Assembly: GCA_964016885.1 (NCBI GenBank)
Contig: OZ024746.1
Location: forward strand, 59,520,001-59,584,000
DNA from: Eledone cirrhosa
Taxonomy: Eukaryota
Direction of reading: 5' to 3'
Length of the DNA stretch: 64,000 nt
Shown: one piece after another, positions 12,604 through 27,124 of the stretch
Position numbering within the stretch: the stretch's first letter is position 1
How the letters are laid out: every line of letters begins with the position of its first letter
Translations under genes and position numbers: made by a program
The notes under the pieces: model-generated
Databases searched by the model: none
The model's input: only the letters and a program-made list of their open reading frames with translations
What the model was told of the DNA's origin: nothing

Positions 12604-13760
12604 GTTTTAATTGAATATAGACACCTTGAAATAGACCATTTTGTATCGTAGAACCAGAGATGGTTTCAGACGGTTTGGTAGTTACTAAATATATAAATAA
12701 ACACACAAAATGTCGCAGGCATGATTTAGCGCTTGATAAAACAGCGTGTTAACAGTTGCAAGGATCATTTGCCGCTAAAATCAGGATTTCTATTTTTGCT
12801 GTTAGTTCAGAGCTTTTTTTGCTATTGTTGGCTACCATATTGACTCACTTCTTTTCTGTCCATTCTTCCAGTTTATATGTCATGAAGATGGGCTTGTTTG
12901 TTTTGTTTTTTGTTTTTTTGTTTTTTCTCATTCTCCATTTATTCTTTTCTTTATTATTATTATTATTATTATTTATTTTGCTACCTTTTTGGTTATTATA
13001 CATTTTCTGTCATTTTGTATTAAGAAGAAATGGGAGGAGGGGGGTGAGGAGGAGGAGGAGGAGGAAGAGCCACCGCCACCAACATCACCACCATCATTAT
13101 AATTATCTTCGTCAGGAAAATTATCAACACTTATGACAATTGTTGTTATAATGCCCGTGAACATATTACATTTCACTTAAAAATTGTAATATATTTCTAA
13201 TATGAGTTAGATGCGATGCATTCGTGCTGATTAGAACTTAACTAACCGATGCACTGTGAAATACGCCACACCACACTTTCTAAAGAACGCCATCTTTTTA
13301 TCTCTGGCTTTTATATATATTTTTTTTTTTAATACATTTTACGGGTTTTTCTTCTATTCGCTTTCTAAAATGTCGCCTGACCTTCTGCGTGACAAATAAA
13401 GACAAGAAGAAAAAAAGCACGATGCTTAAAAATGTATGAAACGGAAGAGATTTTTTTGAATAAGGGGAAATAAATGAAATGGGAAAATGTCTGCTTCTTT
13501 GGAGTTGTTTAGGTTTAATATGAATAGAAACTACAGATATTGAACCCAGAAAGAGTCAATTGAATTCAGCTGCGAAAACACAATAACATCAAATGAGTTT
13601 TTTTAAAGAATCGACTTTCATAGTAACGTAGTGAATTTCACTGATTGAGCAGCACCATCACTTCTCCCTCGCTTCGAAAACAACTATATATAATGAATAT
13701 TTTTCTTCCCCTTTATTATTGTTGTATTTTTGGCTAAGGTTGTTTTGTCATTTTTTCTTT

Positions 13761-13835
<75 letters not shown>

Positions 13836-14602
13836 CTTTTTTATATTTTTTCTTATATTTATTTCATTTAAATTTATTTCATTTTATTTCATATTTATTT
13901 ATTTCATTTTATTTTATTTTACTTTCGTATATTTTGTATATTTAAATATTTATTTATTTTTGTTACTATTATTATCATCATCATCACCATCATCGTCACC
14001 ATCATCATCTTCATTACAATCATCATTGTCATCGTCTTCGTCATCGTCATTATTAGTTTTGTATTATTTTACATTTTACGGGTTTTCATGTCTTGAACAA
14101 TCAAGATAAAAGTCGATTTGAAGAGAAGCATAATGAAATAAGAAAGCGCTTGCTTACTCAAAGTGAATTGTATTGTCTACTGGACAATGTCGGATGAGAT
14201 TCGGGTGAGAAACGAAAGTGGCAAATAAAATTGAGATTGTTGAAGTTAAATTAACTATAGAAAACAAATACATTCATTCACGGAGTGAATAGCAGGAATA
14301 GAAGGACGGGTTTCTTGGCTCTTCTTTCTATGAACCGACGTTACGTATTGCCTACACTTTAGCATACGGATGTTAGGGTTTATTTTGCTTATTCTTTGTA
14401 TCTTTTTACTGTTGTTTTTCGTATTTTTATTTTCATTGGTTGTTAAAGTGAAAGGAAATCTCTGAATTCTTCCCCTCTTCCCATCCCATCCCATCCCCAA
14501 TGAGTTATTTATTTCATTGTGACATTCTTATTGTATTACACCCCTATTTTAATTTAACTCTATTCCTTCAATGAGGTTTCCTTTTTTTTACAATGTCATC
14601 TC

Positions 14603-14755
<153 letters not shown>

Positions 14756-14874
14756 CATATATATATATACATATATCTATATATACATATATCTATATCT
14801 ATATACATATATATATATATACATATACATATACATACATACATATACATACATATACATATATATATATATAT

Positions 14875-15157
14875 GGAGGCACGTGACCTAGTGGTAAGAG
14901 TGTTGGACTTACGATCATAATGTCGAGGGTTCCATTCCTGGGTTGCGTGTTGTGTTCTTGAGCAAAACACTTCATTTCACGTTGCTCCAGTATACTCAGC
15001 TGAAAATGAGTACCAGCAATAGCTGGAGGTTTAACCTTGCGATAGACTGGCGTCCTGTCCAGGGGGGAGTCTTGTACTCTCAGTCGCTTCACGCCATGAA
15101 ACCGGGATAAGCACCGGCCAAATGAGCCTTCTGGCTTAAGACAGACTTTAGACTTAC
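14875..15157 (+). mobile_element. tRNA-derived SINE, family 2, with V-domain-like segment
   Basis: A-box tgacctagtggtaagag, B-box-like ggttccattcc, core gtgttcttgagcaaaacactt...actcagctgaaaatgagtacc, then gcgatagactggcgtcctgtccaggg; preceded by (TA)n. Confidence 0.8.
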
Positions 15158-15276
15158 GGCCTGCCCGCCCAGCCAGTAGGATGGCGTCATCGTATAGCTA
15201 AAACAGCACGTGCTGTGACCAGCGGCGCAGAGTGGCGCCCAACAGACTGGTCGGTCAAGGTGATCAAAGTGATTAC

Positions 15277-15467
<191 letters not shown>

Positions 15468-16264
15468 TACATATATATATGTATATATATAGGGAGAGAG
15501 AGAGATACAATGCCATACATGCCATACATTGTGTGTGAATGTATATATATATATATATACTTTGCTAAATTTGAATACTTTTCTGTGGTAAAGAAATTAA
15601 AATTAAAATTTGTAGCTTGGAATCCTTTAACAATGTGTTTGTGGCGAAAATATCCCTGGATTAAATTTTCTGTGGTGACGAAAGTGTGGCGTGTGGACGG
15701 ATTTTTGTTTCAAATGCTGTATTTCTCAACACAATCGAAAATTACTATGACGACACTCAGGGGTGTATAAGCCAGCACACTTTCAGACGCCAACGTCTCT
15801 CAGATTTGACAACAGACTTTGGGTGTAGCGGTGCTGGTCATTTCGACACTTGCAAACCTTGCCATCAGGTTAGTAAAGCCAGACATCAATGTGTTATCGT
15901 TTCTTCAATGCACCTCTACATTCACACATTCACTCTGCCTCTCAACAATACATGTTGCTTAGAAATTCCACTGCATTTAATTACACGTACATCCTAAGAA
16001 AATACTCCCCTCTATGAACTTAATATTTTGACAATGTGTTAATGAAAACATTCTCGTTATTTCGAAGTTTTGCATATCCCTATTGTGTTATTGTTTGTCT
16101 CATGATTTCGTTGAATTCCATGGCAGAAATAAATATATATATATATATAACAGTTGATCGACAAGATCCCAGACCACATTCGCTGAACGAGTGGGGCGGA
16201 GTTCCTCAAATTGGACCGAAGAAACAATGTTTCCATTGGTCTCACCAATTGCTAATATTATCTA

Positions 16265-16409
16265 CCGGTCCCAAATCCAGGCAGAAGGAGCAACGTGAAA
16301 TAAAGTGTCTTGCACCAGGACATAACGCATTGCCTGGTCCGGGAATTGAACCTCACAGTCTTACGATTGCGAATCCAATTCTCTAACCATTCAGTCACGC
16401 GCCTTCACT
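16265..16409 (-). mobile_element. SINE family 2, 5' part
   Basis: Reverse complement gives gaaggcgcgtgactgaatggttagag...ggttcaattcccggacc...caagacactttatttcacgttgctcc. Confidence 0.75.
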
Positions 16410-16556
<147 letters not shown>

Positions 16557-16980
16557 ATATTTGGGGAGGGCCATATTTTTATAATATTGCCAGAAATAAT
16601 AATAAAACACACTCATGGTTTGGTTTGGATTGGTTTTCGCTTTTGTATATTTTATATCCCTATAGTTAATTTAACTGGCAATCGATGTTTATCATTGATT
16701 GACCAACGGTTAAAAATATAGATATATATCTATATAGTCTATCAAAGTTCTTTCATCACACACCTGTGACATCATCAATACTGCTATTCTATTATTGTGG
16801 TTGTTACATATATTGTTGTTATGTCTATTATTGTTATTATAGTTGTTTGCTCTCTTGTTATCGTTGTTGTTACTGCTATTTCTATTATATTGTTATTATA
16901 GTTGTTGTTTTTGTTGTTCACTTTATTCTTATCGTTGTTGTACCTGATATTTCTATTATTTTTATTTGTTCTCTCCTAAG

Positions 16981-17197
16981 GGGGTGGATTGGCAGAATCG
17001 ATAGAGCGTCGGACACCCTGCCTCGTGGCATAGAAATACAGCCCTTTACATTCTGAGTTCGAACCCGCCTAAGTTAGCTTTGCCTTTCATCTTTACGGGG
17101 TCGATAAAATAAAGCACCATTAATGCACTGGGGTCGATTTAATCAACTTCCCCTCTCCAAAATTGCTGGCCTTGTTCCTATAGTAGAAATCATTATT
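16981..17197 (+). mobile_element. SINE family 1
   Basis: Same head and core as 6022-6258. Confidence 0.85.
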
Positions 17198-17254
17198 TCT
17201 ATCTCTCCTGCTGCCCTTGTTGTTGTTATTGTTATGACTATTATTATATGAATA

Positions 17255-17872
17255 ACTACTGTCGCGTGTGGAACGGATCCGGCTATCGGCCGAGTCCATA
17301 GTGAAGATTGACTCGCCGCCTTCCTTAGGTCAGGAAGAGCAGGCAATTTTCCTCTCTCTGGTGGCCGTTGCGAAAGCGGTTATATGGTGCACCAGATTAA
17401 AAGGACTGAAGACAGACACTTTTCTCTTCGGCCAATCCCTCATCAACTTCTTCAGGTTTCACCAGGAAAGGAAGGTGAGGGTGGAGAGAGAAGTGCTGCC
17501 CCCCCCCCCTTCCCCCAGTACATTTGCTAAAAGGTGGATGAATGTGGCGAGAATAGCCCGTGTGAATGGGCCTACTCTGACCATGCGCCTATAGGCTAGC
17601 TAACTTGGGGAGAGGAGTGCTCTCCCTGGGTGCCCTAGAAGTGCAGGGTGGTTCAGGCTTGGTGGGGTACCTGAGTCACCCCTGGGTCGTCCACCCCCTA
17701 TAGGGGAATTTATTTTGTTATATTTATGCATGGTTTATTTTATATTTTTATATCTTCATTGTTAAATTAGTCTTGCCATTGTGCACTTTTACTCGACCTT
17801 ATTGTAAACCCCCACTGTCCCTGTCTTTGTATTGTCCCCTACATGTCGGCCCTTGTGGCTAATAAATGAAAT
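17255..17872 (+). mobile_element. 3' fragment of Tx1/L1-clade LINE (ORF2 C-terminus + 3' UTR)
   Basis: ORF 17268-17594 (...LVAVAKAVIWCTR...FAKRWMNVAR) typical of the Tx1/L1 C-terminus; ends cccttgtggctAATAAAtgaaa then (ATT)n; homologous to 29455-30360 and 56020-56445. Confidence 0.75.
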
Positions 17873-17885
17873 CATTATTATTATT

Positions 17886-18272
17886 TGGTGAATTGGCAGT
17901 ATCGGTAGAGGGTTGGACGCCATGCTTTCTAGCATAGTTACGTCCCTTTACAGTCTGAGTTCAAATCCCGCCGAGGTTAACTTTGCCTTTCATCCTCACG
18001 GGGTCAATAAAATAAAGTACCAGTAATGTACTGGGTAATTGCTGGCCTTGTGCCTAAAGTAGGAACAATTATTATAGTCGTATTACAGGCGGTGAATTGG
18101 CAGTATCGGTAGAGGGTTGGACGCCATGTATAGTTACGTCCCTTTACAGTCTGAGTTCAAATCCCGCCGAGGTTAACTTTGCCTTTCATCCTTACGGGAT
18201 CGATAAAATAAAGTACCAGTAATGTACTGGGTTTTTGCTGGCCTTGTGCCTAAAGTAGAAACTATTATTATA
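17886..18272 (+). mobile_element. Two tandem head-to-tail copies of SINE family 1 (17886-18075, 18088-18272)
   Basis: Near-identical copies; the second lacks ~9 bp (ctttctagc). Confidence 0.88.
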
Positions 18273-18856
18273 GTCGTTATTTCTATAGCCGAAGTTGTAT
18301 ATATATATATATATATATGTGCCGAAGTTGTTATATATATATAATTAGTAATTTTTTTATTTCGCTGTTGCTGTATATCAATGCTTTGAGAAAATCTTTT
18401 CCCCCACATCAATTTCACATTACCAAACATCTATCATTTCAACAACACATCAACATCTAATGGTCACATTGACCAACCAACAAACTCAACCGACTAAAAC
18501 AAATGTCACTGGGAAACGTTTGATTTTAAAAACATTTTTTTTAAACTTAATTTTGGACTGTTTCAGTCCTTTTCAGAGTAAATGTAGTCGATAACAATAA
18601 AAGGTTGATAACAATAACCGGTTGATAACATTATAATAAAGGTCTTCCTGTGTATTTATTTGGTAAGTTATTCAATTTATGGAAGAGATATATTTAATCG
18701 TGTATCAAAATTACTCTCCCGAGATTTCAATAAATTTCAAACACGATATAAATTACATTCACAAATAATTACATATACATACAGACACACACTCACATAT
18801 ATACAACACATAGAAATACATACAGATAAACATATACACACACACACACATTCATG

Positions 18857-18887
<31 letters not shown>

Positions 18888-18917
18888 ATCTGTGTGTATA
18901 TATATGTGTGTGGGGGT

Positions 18918-18953
<36 letters not shown>

Positions 18954-19010
18954 TATACATTTACACGCAAGTATACAAACTCACACACGCAGACATATAT
19001 ACGTGCGCGC

Positions 19011-19053
<43 letters not shown>

Positions 19054-19243
19054 AGGAGAGAGAGGGAGATAGAAAGAGAAACGGAGAGGGTGGAGAGAGA
19101 GAGGGTGGGACAGTAGAAAAAATATCAAACGCTTTAATTAGGCTCGCTAAACAAATGCTTTAATCACATTAAACAAACACACACACATCATTGGCTGGAG
19201 TTGGGCAATAAACGGCTCTAGGTTTAGATAACTAATAATAATA

Positions 19244-19718
19244 ATGCTGCTGCTGCTGCTACTACTACTACTATCACTACTACTACTACTACTACTACTA
19301 CTATCACTACTACTACTACTCCTACTACTACTATTATCACTACTACAACTACTACTACTACTACTACTATCGTACTACTACTACTATTACTACTACTACT
19401 ACTATTACTACTACTACTACTATTACTACTACTACTACTATCGTACTACTACTACTATCACTATTACTATCACTACTACTACTATTACTACTACTACTAC
19501 TATCGTATTACTACCACTACTACTATTACTATCACTACTACTACTACTACTCCTACTACTACTACTATCACTACTACTACTATCACTACTACTACTACTA
19601 CTATTATTACTACTACTACTACTACTACTACTACTATCACTACTACTACTACTATCACTACTACTACTACTATTACTACTACTGTCACTACAACTACTAC
19701 TACTACTACTATTACTAT

Positions 19719-19750
<32 letters not shown>

Positions 19751-19898
19751 CTACTACTACTACTATCACTACTACTACTACTACTATTACTACTACTACT
19801 ACTACTACTACTGTCGCTACTACTGTCACTACTACTACTACTACTATCACTACTATCACTACTACTACTACTATCACTACTACTACTACTACTACTAT

Positions 19899-19933
<35 letters not shown>

Positions 19934-20276
19934 TCACTACTACTACTACTATCACTACTACTACTCCTACTACTACTACTACTACTAATACTAATACTAC
20001 TATCACTACTACTACTACTACTACTACTACTACGCCTACTACTACTACTACTACTATCACTACTATCACTACTACTATTACTACTACTACTACTACTACT
20101 CCTACTACTACTACTACTACTATCACTACTATCACTACTACTATTACTACTACTATTACTACTATCACTACTACTATTACTACTACTACTACTACTATTA
20201 CTACTACTACTACTACTATTACTACTACTATTACTACTACTACTACTACTACTACAACTACTATCACTACTACTAT

Positions 20277-20320
<44 letters not shown>

Positions 20321-20333
20321 TTACTACTACTAT

Positions 20334-20368
<35 letters not shown>

Positions 20369-20381
20369 TCACTACTACTAT

Positions 20382-20416
<35 letters not shown>

Positions 20417-20429
20417 TTACTACTACTAT

Positions 20430-20464
<35 letters not shown>

Positions 20465-20465
20465 T

Positions 20466-20509
<44 letters not shown>

Positions 20510-20522
20510 TCACTACTACTAT

Positions 20523-20563
<41 letters not shown>

Positions 20564-20576
20564 TCACTACTACTAT

Positions 20577-20624
<48 letters not shown>

Positions 20625-20625
20625 A
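19244..20625. repeat. 1.4-kb (TAC)n microsatellite with TAT/TCA interruptions
   Basis: Direct inspection. Confidence 0.97.
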
Positions 20626-20699
20626 GCAGCAATAACAATCATGGTAATGACGATTACTTTGACGGCGACTATGACGGTAATGGTAGGGATGGCGATGAT

Positions 20700-21530
20700 G
20701 GTGGGGAGGATGAGAAGGAGGATTATGGTGGTGGTGGTGGTGGTGGTGGTGGTGACGGTCGTGGTGACGGTGGTGGTGGTAGTGTTATGTTGTTGGTGGT
20801 TGTGCTTGTGGTGGTGGTGGTGGTAGTGGTGGTGGTGGTAGTTGTGGTGGTGATGGTGGTGGTTGTTATGTTGGTGGTGGTTGTGCTTGTGGTGGTGGTG
20901 GTGGTAGTGGTAGTGGTGGTGGTAGTGGGGTGTTGGTGATGGTGGTGGTGGTAGTAGGGGAGGTTGTTGTGGTGGTGATGATGGTGGTTGTTATGTTGGT
21001 GGTGCTTGTGGTGGTGGTGGTGGTAGTGGTGGTAGTGGTGGTGGTGGTAGTGGTGGTGGTAGTGGGGGTGTTGGTGGTGGTGGTGGTGGTAGTAGTGGTG
21101 GTTGTTGTGGTGGTGATGGTGGTGGTTGTTATGTTGGTGGTGGTTGTGCTTGTGGTGGTGGTGGTGGTGGTAGTGGTGGTTGTGGTGGTAGTGGTGGTGG
21201 TGGTAGTGGTGGTGGTAGTGGGGTGTTGGTGATGGTGGTGGTGGTAGTGGTGGTGGTTGTTGTGGTGGTGATGGTGGTGGTTGTTATGTTGGTGGTGGTT
21301 GTGCTTGTGGTGGTGGTGGTAGTGGTGGTAGTGGTGGTAGTGGTGGTGGTGGTAGTGGTGGTGGTAGTGGGGGTGTTGGTGGTGGTGGTGGTAGTAGTGG
21401 TGGTTGTTGTGGTGGTGATGGTGGTGGTTGTTATGTTGGTGGTGGTTGTGCTTGTGGTAGTGGTGGTAGTGGTGATGGTGGTGGTGGTAGTAGTGGTGGT
21501 TGTTGTGGTGGTGATGGTGGTGGTGGTGAC
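20700..21530. repeat. (GTG/GTA)n array with recurring higher-order motif gttgttatgttggtggtggttgtgcttgtgg
   Basis: Direct inspection. Confidence 0.93.
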
Positions 21531-21896
21531 GATCTGATAAAAAAAGTAATGATTTACTTGAATAGAAATGAAAAAAGCCAGTTTATGATATTATATAAAC
21601 CTTAATGAAATTTGATTGATGTTGTTATTATTATTGTTGTTGTCGGTGTTGGTGTTGTTGTTGTGGTGGGGTGGTGGTGGTGGTGGGTTGTTGGTTATGG
21701 TGGGTGATTGTGACAACAATAACAATAATAATAACGTCCCCAACAACAACATCAACAACAACATTATCACTGTTGATACCATCAACAATAATGGCTAAGA
21801 CATTGACACTAGAAATTTAGTAATGGCAACGTGAATAAACAGGAAAACACAACAACAGCAAGAACAACAACACCAGCTTCATCAACAACAATAAAA

Positions 21897-22215
21897 ATAA
21901 TAACTGTTTCTACTTTAGGCACAAGGCCAGCAAATTACCCAGTGCATTACTGGTACTTTATTTTATCGACCCCGTAAGGATGAAAGGCAAAGTCAACCTC
22001 GGCGGGATTTGAACTCAGATCGTAAAGGGACGTAACTATGCTGGAAAGCATGGCGTCCGACCCTCTACTGATACTGCCAATCCACGCCCTTTATAAATAA
22101 AAATAATAACGATTCCTAATTTGGCGGAGGAGAAAGTCATTTATATCGAGCCCATTACTTGACTAGAACTATATTTTATCGACCCCGGAAGGACGAAAGG
22201 ATGATTTGAACTCAG
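21897..22215 (-). mobile_element. SINE family 1 (full copy 21897-22089) plus partial copy 22120-22215
   Basis: Reverse complement of the family 1 core (ggtactttattttatcgacccc...aaggcaaagtcaacctcggcgggatttgaactcag). Confidence 0.85.
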
Positions 22216-22915
22216 ACGACTCGCGGGCTGGATCTTGAGGACTTTCCGAACAAGAGACCGAGAGACCATGTTGATACTATGGAGGACATTTGTCCTAAGC
22301 CGCCTGGACTATTGCTCCCAGCTGGGTCACCCCATAGTATCAAACTAACCACGGAACTTGAGGCAATCCAACGAAGCAACACCAAAAGGATTGCCACGAT
22401 GAAGGAGATAAGCTACTGGAAGAGGCTAAAAGAACTGAAACTGTACTCCTTGGAACGAAGACGGGGGAGATACGCAGTGATATATATATGGAAAATCCTG
22501 GAGGGACTAGCACCAAACTTTGGTATTGAGAGCTGGACCAATGCGCGAACAGGACGTCACTGTGTGGTGCCAAAGATCCCGTTTTCCACATCTAGAATAA
22601 AGAGCAGATATTGCAATAGCCTGGGGTTCAAAGGCCCTCAACTCTTAAACAAGCTGCCAAGAAATTTGAGAGATCTGCATGGCATGGACGTGGATGTTTT
22701 CAAAAAACATCTCGACACCCTGCTATCCAGGATCCCGGATGAGCCCACAGCACGGTACGAATGTAACCTAAGGGCAGTAGCAACGAACTCCATCTTACAC
22801 CAATGGCCAGCCAACACAGGATGGAGATAGAATGTGTAGTAACAAGGGTGGTGCCCCAGCAAGGCTCTAGCATGGCCCCAGCCGGGTGGTTAGAACAGGT
22901 AAAAGAGTAAAAGAT
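22216..22915 (+). mobile_element. 3' fragment of CR1-group LINE
   Basis: ORF 22279-22830: LEAIQR...ISYWKRLKELKLYSLERRR.RY..IYIWKIL...FKKHLD is the CR1-type post-RT C-terminus; 3' UTR ends in gtaaaaga repeats. Confidence 0.85.
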
Positions 22916-23411
22916 TAATAGAGTAACCGGAACAAATACTGCAAAGCATTGTGTCACACGCTCTAACGATTCTGCCAATACAGCGAGAATAGCCTTAACC
23001 AAACCATTGCTGTCAAGAACAACACCTTTACCGTGCCAGTCTTGCGTCTTATGTGAGCGCATGCATTACTGGGTGTGTGGTTGAATTAGTCTTATTGCTT
23101 GATACCATTGGCTTATATCGTCTACTTTAGATTCAGGTTGACCAATACCAAGGCAATGGAACTTGGCACACGGAAACTATACAGAAGCATGTCCTATATA
23201 TATCGTTGTCTAAGAGTAAATTGCAATTACGGATGAATGAGCCCTCGATGTGTAAATAAAGAGGTATTTTATATATTCTTAAAATTCATGGTGACTTTTA
23301 AGCATATGTATTCTCCGGACTCAGAGTTTCATGGTGGTGTCCGATTAATCATAGTAGATTGATGGTGAACGCTATAGTAGTCTGCTACGATTAATCGAAT
23401 GTTATCATGAA

Positions 23412-23745
23412 GGCGCCACACGGTCACGAATGACCGTGGTTTTGCACCTAGAGAGTTTCCCTCTGAGGCACAAGCCTGGGCAAGGTTGTTTTGTGGAAGA
23501 CCAGTAGTCGCCCATGCATACCAGCCTCCCCTCTCCACACCACCGATGTTGGCCAAGGGAAAGGCAATGGACGATACAGCTTGGCACCTGTGGCGTCGCA
23601 ACTCATTTCTACAGCTGAGTAAACTGGAGCAACTTGAAATAAAGTGTCTTGCTCAAGGACACAACGCATCACCCGGTCCGAGAATCGAACTCACAGCCTC
23701 TCAATTGCAAGCCCAATGCTCTAACCACTAAGCCATGCGCCTTCA
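23412..23745 (-). mobile_element. SINE family 2 head with a different 3' tail, inserted into a hairpin
   Basis: Minus strand gaaggcgcatggcttagtggttagagc...gagttcgattctc...gtgtccttgagcaagacac; atcatgaa present on both sides (possible TSD). Confidence 0.82.
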
Positions 23746-24052
23746 CATATCATCATGAAACTCTGATTATCAATAAATACATATGTTTAATCGCCGTGTA
23801 TTTTAGGTAACTTATGTGTGGGGGTGACAAATTCAGCTAACAAGTAAATCAAACACAGAATAAAACTGCAAAAATCAAACGAAGCAACATGGAGAAAAAA
23901 TAAGAAAAAAATTATCCTTTTCTCAGCCATCTCTGGATGTCATTGTTGTTTCAATACTTAGAACGGGATCGTTATCACCAGTACATCAATTACTATAAAG
24001 AAATAACTAGTGGGGAATGAAACAAGGGAGACAAAACGAACTCACACGTTTC

Positions 24053-24135
<83 letters not shown>

Positions 24136-24225
24136 AGACTGGAGACACAGGGCTCTGCCGAAGATACATCGGAACCCCTTCGACTTCATCAAAAGTTCAA
24201 GGCTCATCGATGAATGGATACATGA

Positions 24226-24257
<32 letters not shown>

Positions 24258-24600
24258 TAAATAAACTGTTATGTATTTATGTATGTGTGTTTCGTTGTAT
24301 ATCTGTGTATTTTTATGTATGTGTATGTTTGAATACATATGTTTGAATACATATGTATTTTCATGTTGTGTATGTGTATCTGTATGTATATGTGTGTGTA
24401 AGTATTTTTATATGTGTGAGTCAGTCAATGTCTGCCATCGCCAGTGAGTGCTAGCCATCGTGTATGTACGCCATCTCCATGTGTGTGCGTGTAAGTCTGT
24501 ATATGTATCTGTGTATATGTGTATATGAGTGTGTGTATATACGTGTGTATGCGTGTGAGCATGTGTCCGTTTCTCTGTCTTCCGTCCGTCATATATATAT

Positions 24601-24652
<52 letters not shown>

Positions 24653-24904
24653 TATACATATATATATATACATATATACATATATATACCTATATATATA
24701 TATAATATGTATATATATGTGTGTGTATATATATGTGTCTGTGTAAGTTTATGCATATTTAAGTAGTGTATATCTGTATGTGTGTGCGTAGTTCTGTTTG
24801 TCTATGCTTGTTTATGTGTGTGTATGTATGTGTGTCTGTGTGTGTGTGTGTGTGTCTGTCTGTGTGTGTGTGTATGTATGTGTGTGTGTGTGTGTGTGTG
24901 TGTC

Positions 24905-24939
<35 letters not shown>

Positions 24940-24984
24940 AAAGGCCTAGTAATTTCAACTCCGATTCGTTTGAAACAGTTCACA

Positions 24985-25490
24985 TAGAGGAAGATGGAAA
25001 GGAACTGTGATGAGATAATAGGGGGAGGGGGTGTTTTGAAGGAAGAGGGGTGTTTTGAAGAGGAGGAGCGTGGGGCAGAGGGGGAAAATAAAAGGGACAA
25101 GGGCTAAGAAGAGAAAGAGGAAGAAGAGGAAGGGGAAGAAGGTGAGGTAGAAGAGGAGGGGGGAAGGGGTAGAATGGGTGGGGGGGGAATTGAGGTAGAA
25201 GAGGAGGGAGGAGAAGATGAGGTAGAAGAGAAGGGAGGGGAAGAGTAGGTAGAAGAAGAGAGGAGAGGAAGATGAGGTAGAAGAGGTAGAGAAGGAGAAG
25301 AAGAGGGAGGTGGGGTAGAAGAGGTAGAAGAGAAGGGAGGAGGAGAAGAGGAGGTAAAGGAGATAGAAGAGGGGGTGGAAGAGGAGGGAGGTAGTGGTAG
25401 AAGAGAAGGTAGAAGGGGAGGGATGAGGAGAAGAGGAGGGAGAATGAAAGCAGCACGAGGTAAGAGGTAGGTGGGAGAGGAAAGGAGCTA
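24985..25490. repeat. Polypurine (GA/GGA-rich) low-complexity tract
   Basis: Direct inspection. Confidence 0.9.
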
Positions 25491-25614
25491 GACAGTTAGC
25501 AAGTAAAATATTAACTTATCACATCAAACATTCTTTGTAGCCAGGCATTTTGCAAATTAGTCTGGGCTAATAATAACAACAATAACGACAACAACAACAA
25601 CAACAACAACAACA

Positions 25615-25657
<43 letters not shown>

Positions 25658-26901
25658 TATTTGTGAGATGGTGGGGTGGGTTGGTGGGTAAATAGTGTGT
25701 CTTTGTGGTGGTTGGGGGAATAAATACGAACGTATATACAAACTAACAAACATTATTTCAAACTTATCAGGCCAGAAACGATCAAAGATTTTGCTTTTAT
25801 TTCATTCGTTGGCCCAGGATCCATCAGCAATAGCTTCCGGGTCACTTGTCTGTCTGTCTGATATATTCTCCGACGGCGGCGCTGCTAGTCTTATCTGCTT
25901 TTAATGAATCAAACTTCTTTTTATCTTGAAATACTTTTGAAGAAGCAAATGTTATATTTCAAATACAATGAACTATTCAAAATAACATAAATCTCCTTCT
26001 CTCTCTCTCTCTCTCTCACTCACTCACTCACTCACTATTTCTCTCTCTCTCATGCCTCCTCTCTATACATACCACCATTTCTCGATCACACTCACTCACC
26101 AACACAGAGATATGCACTCACACACACACACTTACATACACACTCATACACACACACACAAAGTTACATATTTTCTCTTTCTCTCAATCGATATTCTCTT
26201 CTTCGCTCTCTTTCTATCTCTCTATCTATCTTTCTTTCTCCCGATATATACACATACATACATTCATACATACATATATGCATACATACATAAATACATA
26301 TTTACATATATACATATATACATACTTACATATATACATACATATATACATATATATATATACATACATACATATATACATACTTACATATAAACGTATG
26401 TATTTAAATGTATATACGTGTATATACATAAACGTATGTGTTATTATATATATATATATGTGTGTGTGTGTGTTATTGTATATAAATGTGTGTGCGTGTA
26501 TGTCTGTGAGTGTACGTGTATGCGTCTGAGTATATTTTTATATACACTAACAATATTAATCGGAAGACATTTGTAAACATAAATGTTAAACTAAGAAATA
26601 AATGTGAAGTTGTTAAGTGTATTCGAACACAGCATCTCTTTCTTATCAGGTATCTTCACAATTTTATTTGAACCACGACTGTTGTCTTTCCTTCTCGATA
26701 CCAAATTACCCGAAACTACGCCTGGCTATATGATACAAAGCTGTTTGTTTTTAAATGTATTCCAATAGAACTATGATAACGAAAGGTTAAGTGTTCATAT
26801 TTATCTAAAAACCTTCCATTTAATTTTATGTTAAGAACTTTTGTTATGTGTCAAACATCAGCTTAATAATGAGTATGTTGTTTCTATTATCAAATCTGTC
26901 T

Positions 26902-27124
26902 AGGGCGGTAGATTGGCAGTGTCGGTAGAGCGTCGGACACTATGCTTTGCAGCATAGAGTTATGTCCCTTTTCGTTCTGAGTTCAAATCCCGCCGCGGTT
27001 AGTTTTGCTTTTCATTCTTACTGGGTCGATTTAATAAATTACCAGTAATGCACTGGGTCGATTTAATCGACTTTCCCCTCAGCTCCAATGTGCTGGCCTT
27101 GTGCCTATTGTAGAAATCATTATT
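26902..27124 (+). mobile_element. SINE family 1
   Basis: Same head, core and tail as the other copies. Confidence 0.85.

Noticed and set aside
19244-21537. Poly-Leu and poly-Val ORFs
   Set aside because: (TAC)n and (GTG)n microsatellites
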